A stretch of DNA of 64,000 bases from a virus. This document shows, one piece after another, positions 62,797-64,000 of the stretch. The stretch lies in IMG/VR virus record IMGVR_UViG_3300007986_000012; one strand, 5' to 3'. The position numbers were made by a program, and so were the translations under genes. Below the pieces are notes generated by a model. That model saw only the letters and a program-made list of their open reading frames with translations, was not told the origin of the DNA and searched no databases. The first letter of the stretch is position 1. Every line of letters starts with the position of its first letter.

Positions 62797-64000
62797 ATGA
62801 GTAGAAGAAGTAACCCAAGACTTAAAAAAGCTTTCTCCGAGCAGTCCTATACAGTAGAACAAGCACAAGAGTTAATGAAATGTGCCAGAGACCCGGTTTA
62901 TTTCATTACAAACTATGTGTTTATCAAACACCCGGTTAGGGGACAGATCAAGTTCTCCATGTATGATTATCAACAAAATATGGTCAGACAATTTGAAAAG
63001 AATAGATACAATATTGTTCTAGCATCTAGACAGGTTGGTAAGACTGAAACATCTGCGGCATATCTACTCTGGTACGCCCTATTCAACGAAGAGAAGATGG
63101 TGTTGATTCTTTCCAATAAATCCGATGGCGCTAAAGAGATTATATCCAAGATTCAAAACGCTTATGAAGAATTGCCACATTGGCTGAAGCCGGGGATCGA
63201 TGATGATTCTTGGAATAAGCATGAATGTAGGTTTGACAACAAGTCTAGAATTCTTGCTGGTGCCACTTCTGCCGATTCTGCCCGTGGTCTTGCTATCAGT
63301 CTTTTGTATCTTGACGAGTTCGCATTTGTAAAGACACACTTACAGGAAGAGTTCTGGACTTCGGTTTTACCAACTCTATCTTGTTTGTCGGGTGATACTT
63401 TAATCTTTACACAAGACGGTTTGAAAGAAATAGAAGAATTCCACAAGGAAAAAAATGTGGGAGACTATTTTGAGATAAAAGGCTTGGCCACATGGGGGAT
63501 CGGTGGAAGAGAACGTGTTTCCCATGGTTATGTTAGTCCGGAATCTGAAACCCAAATCATTACAAATCTTTGGGGGATGGAGGTGGAAGCCACGCTCAAA
63601 CACCCGTTTTGGGTTGCTGGGCCGGATGGTCCATTCATGAAACCCAATCAAGAATTATCAGAAAAAGACTATATTCGTGTAGATTCTGGAATGAACATGT
63701 GGGGTAATAACACATTGAAACCAGAGCATGCATATATGCTAGGTGGTTATATTGCAGAGGGTTGGACGCAGAAGAAACACACAACAGGTAAAGCATACAG
63801 TATTCTGGTCTCGAATACAGATGACGAATTCAGAGATGTATATTTAAACTCTAATTTGATAAAGGAATTTACACAACATAGTCAAGAATCTCATAAGTTG
63901 GTTTGTAGTTCTCTAGAGTTGGTAGAAACTTTTGAGAGTTGGGGCGTTGACGTATACGCGAAATGTTACGAGAAAACCACCCCAAAGACTATTTTTACTA
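62797..64000 (+). CDS. gp17: Terminase large subunit, T4 gp17-like (5' part; absent from the ORF track because it has no stop in the window)
   Basis: Hand translation: KCARDPVYFITNY, YDYQ, LASRQVGKT, ARGLAISLLYLDEFAFV, FWTSVLPTLS; CTAAATA upstream. Confidence 0.95.
   Translation, partial: MSRRSNPRLKKAFSEQSYTVEQAQELMKCARDPVYFITNYVFIKHPVRGQIKFSMYDYQQNMVRQFEKNRYNIVLASRQVGKTETSAAYLLWYALFNEEKMVLILSNKSDGAKEIISKIQNAYEELPHWLKPGIDDDSWNKHECRFDNKSRILAGATSADSARGLAISLLYLDEFAFVKTHLQEEFWTSVLPTLSCLSGDTLIFTQDGLKEIEEFHKEKNVGDYFEIKGLATWGIGGRERVSHGYVSPESETQIITNLWGMEVEATLKHPFWVAGPDGPFMKPNQELSEKDYIRVDSGMNMWGNNTLKPEHAYMLGGYIAEGWTQKKHTTGKAYSILVSNTDDEFRDVYLNSNLIKEFTQHSQESHKLVCSSLELVETFESWGVDVYAKCYEKTTPKTIFT
63382..64000 (+). 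mobile_element. Intein in the terminase (runs off the window), LAGLIDADG-type
   Basis: Starts CLSGDTLI after PTLS; EATLKHPFW block B; YMLGGYIAEG endonuclease-like motif. Confidence 0.9.

Noticed and set aside
1-64000. Stop-codon reassignment, as in some jumbo phages
   Set aside because: Conserved genes are full length in the standard code, and TAA, TAG and TGA all end genes at the expected positions

Overview
A 64-kb piece of an AT-rich, T4-like (myovirus-type) jumbo phage genome read in the standard genetic code, covering most of the virion morphogenesis region. Left arm (mostly minus strand): head-completion gp4, a GroES co-chaperonin, tail tube paralogues, sheath gp18, tail terminator gp15, a 3223-aa giant baseplate protein, and gp6, gp25, gp5, hub and gp53 homologues. 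Middle: gp26/gp51-like hub chaperones linked by a probable -1 frameshift, a RuvC-like resolvase, a 700-bp gene-free region, an intein-bearing DinG/XPD-like helicase, a GT2 glycosyltransferase, and gp46/gp47/gp55. The gene-free region holds a promoter, a ~335-nt highly base-paired candidate ncRNA and origin-like elements. Right arm (plus strand): tape measure, portal, prohead core, protease, scaffold, major capsid, greatly enlarged neck proteins gp13/gp14, a DnaB-like helicase, small terminase, a phosphoesterase, a broken terminase-ATPase paralogue with poly-G tracts and an IS200/IS605-like end, and the intein-bearing large terminase, which runs off the window. T4-type late promoters (TATAAATA) precede many structural genes, and sigma70-like promoters precede replication and accessory genes. 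Best leads: the structured RNA and origin-like locus at 30.2-30.85 kb, the gp26-gp51 frameshift, an IN-motif module reused in three virion proteins, and the poly-G-interrupted terminase paralogue. All family assignments come from motif recognition by eye; no database search or folding program was run.
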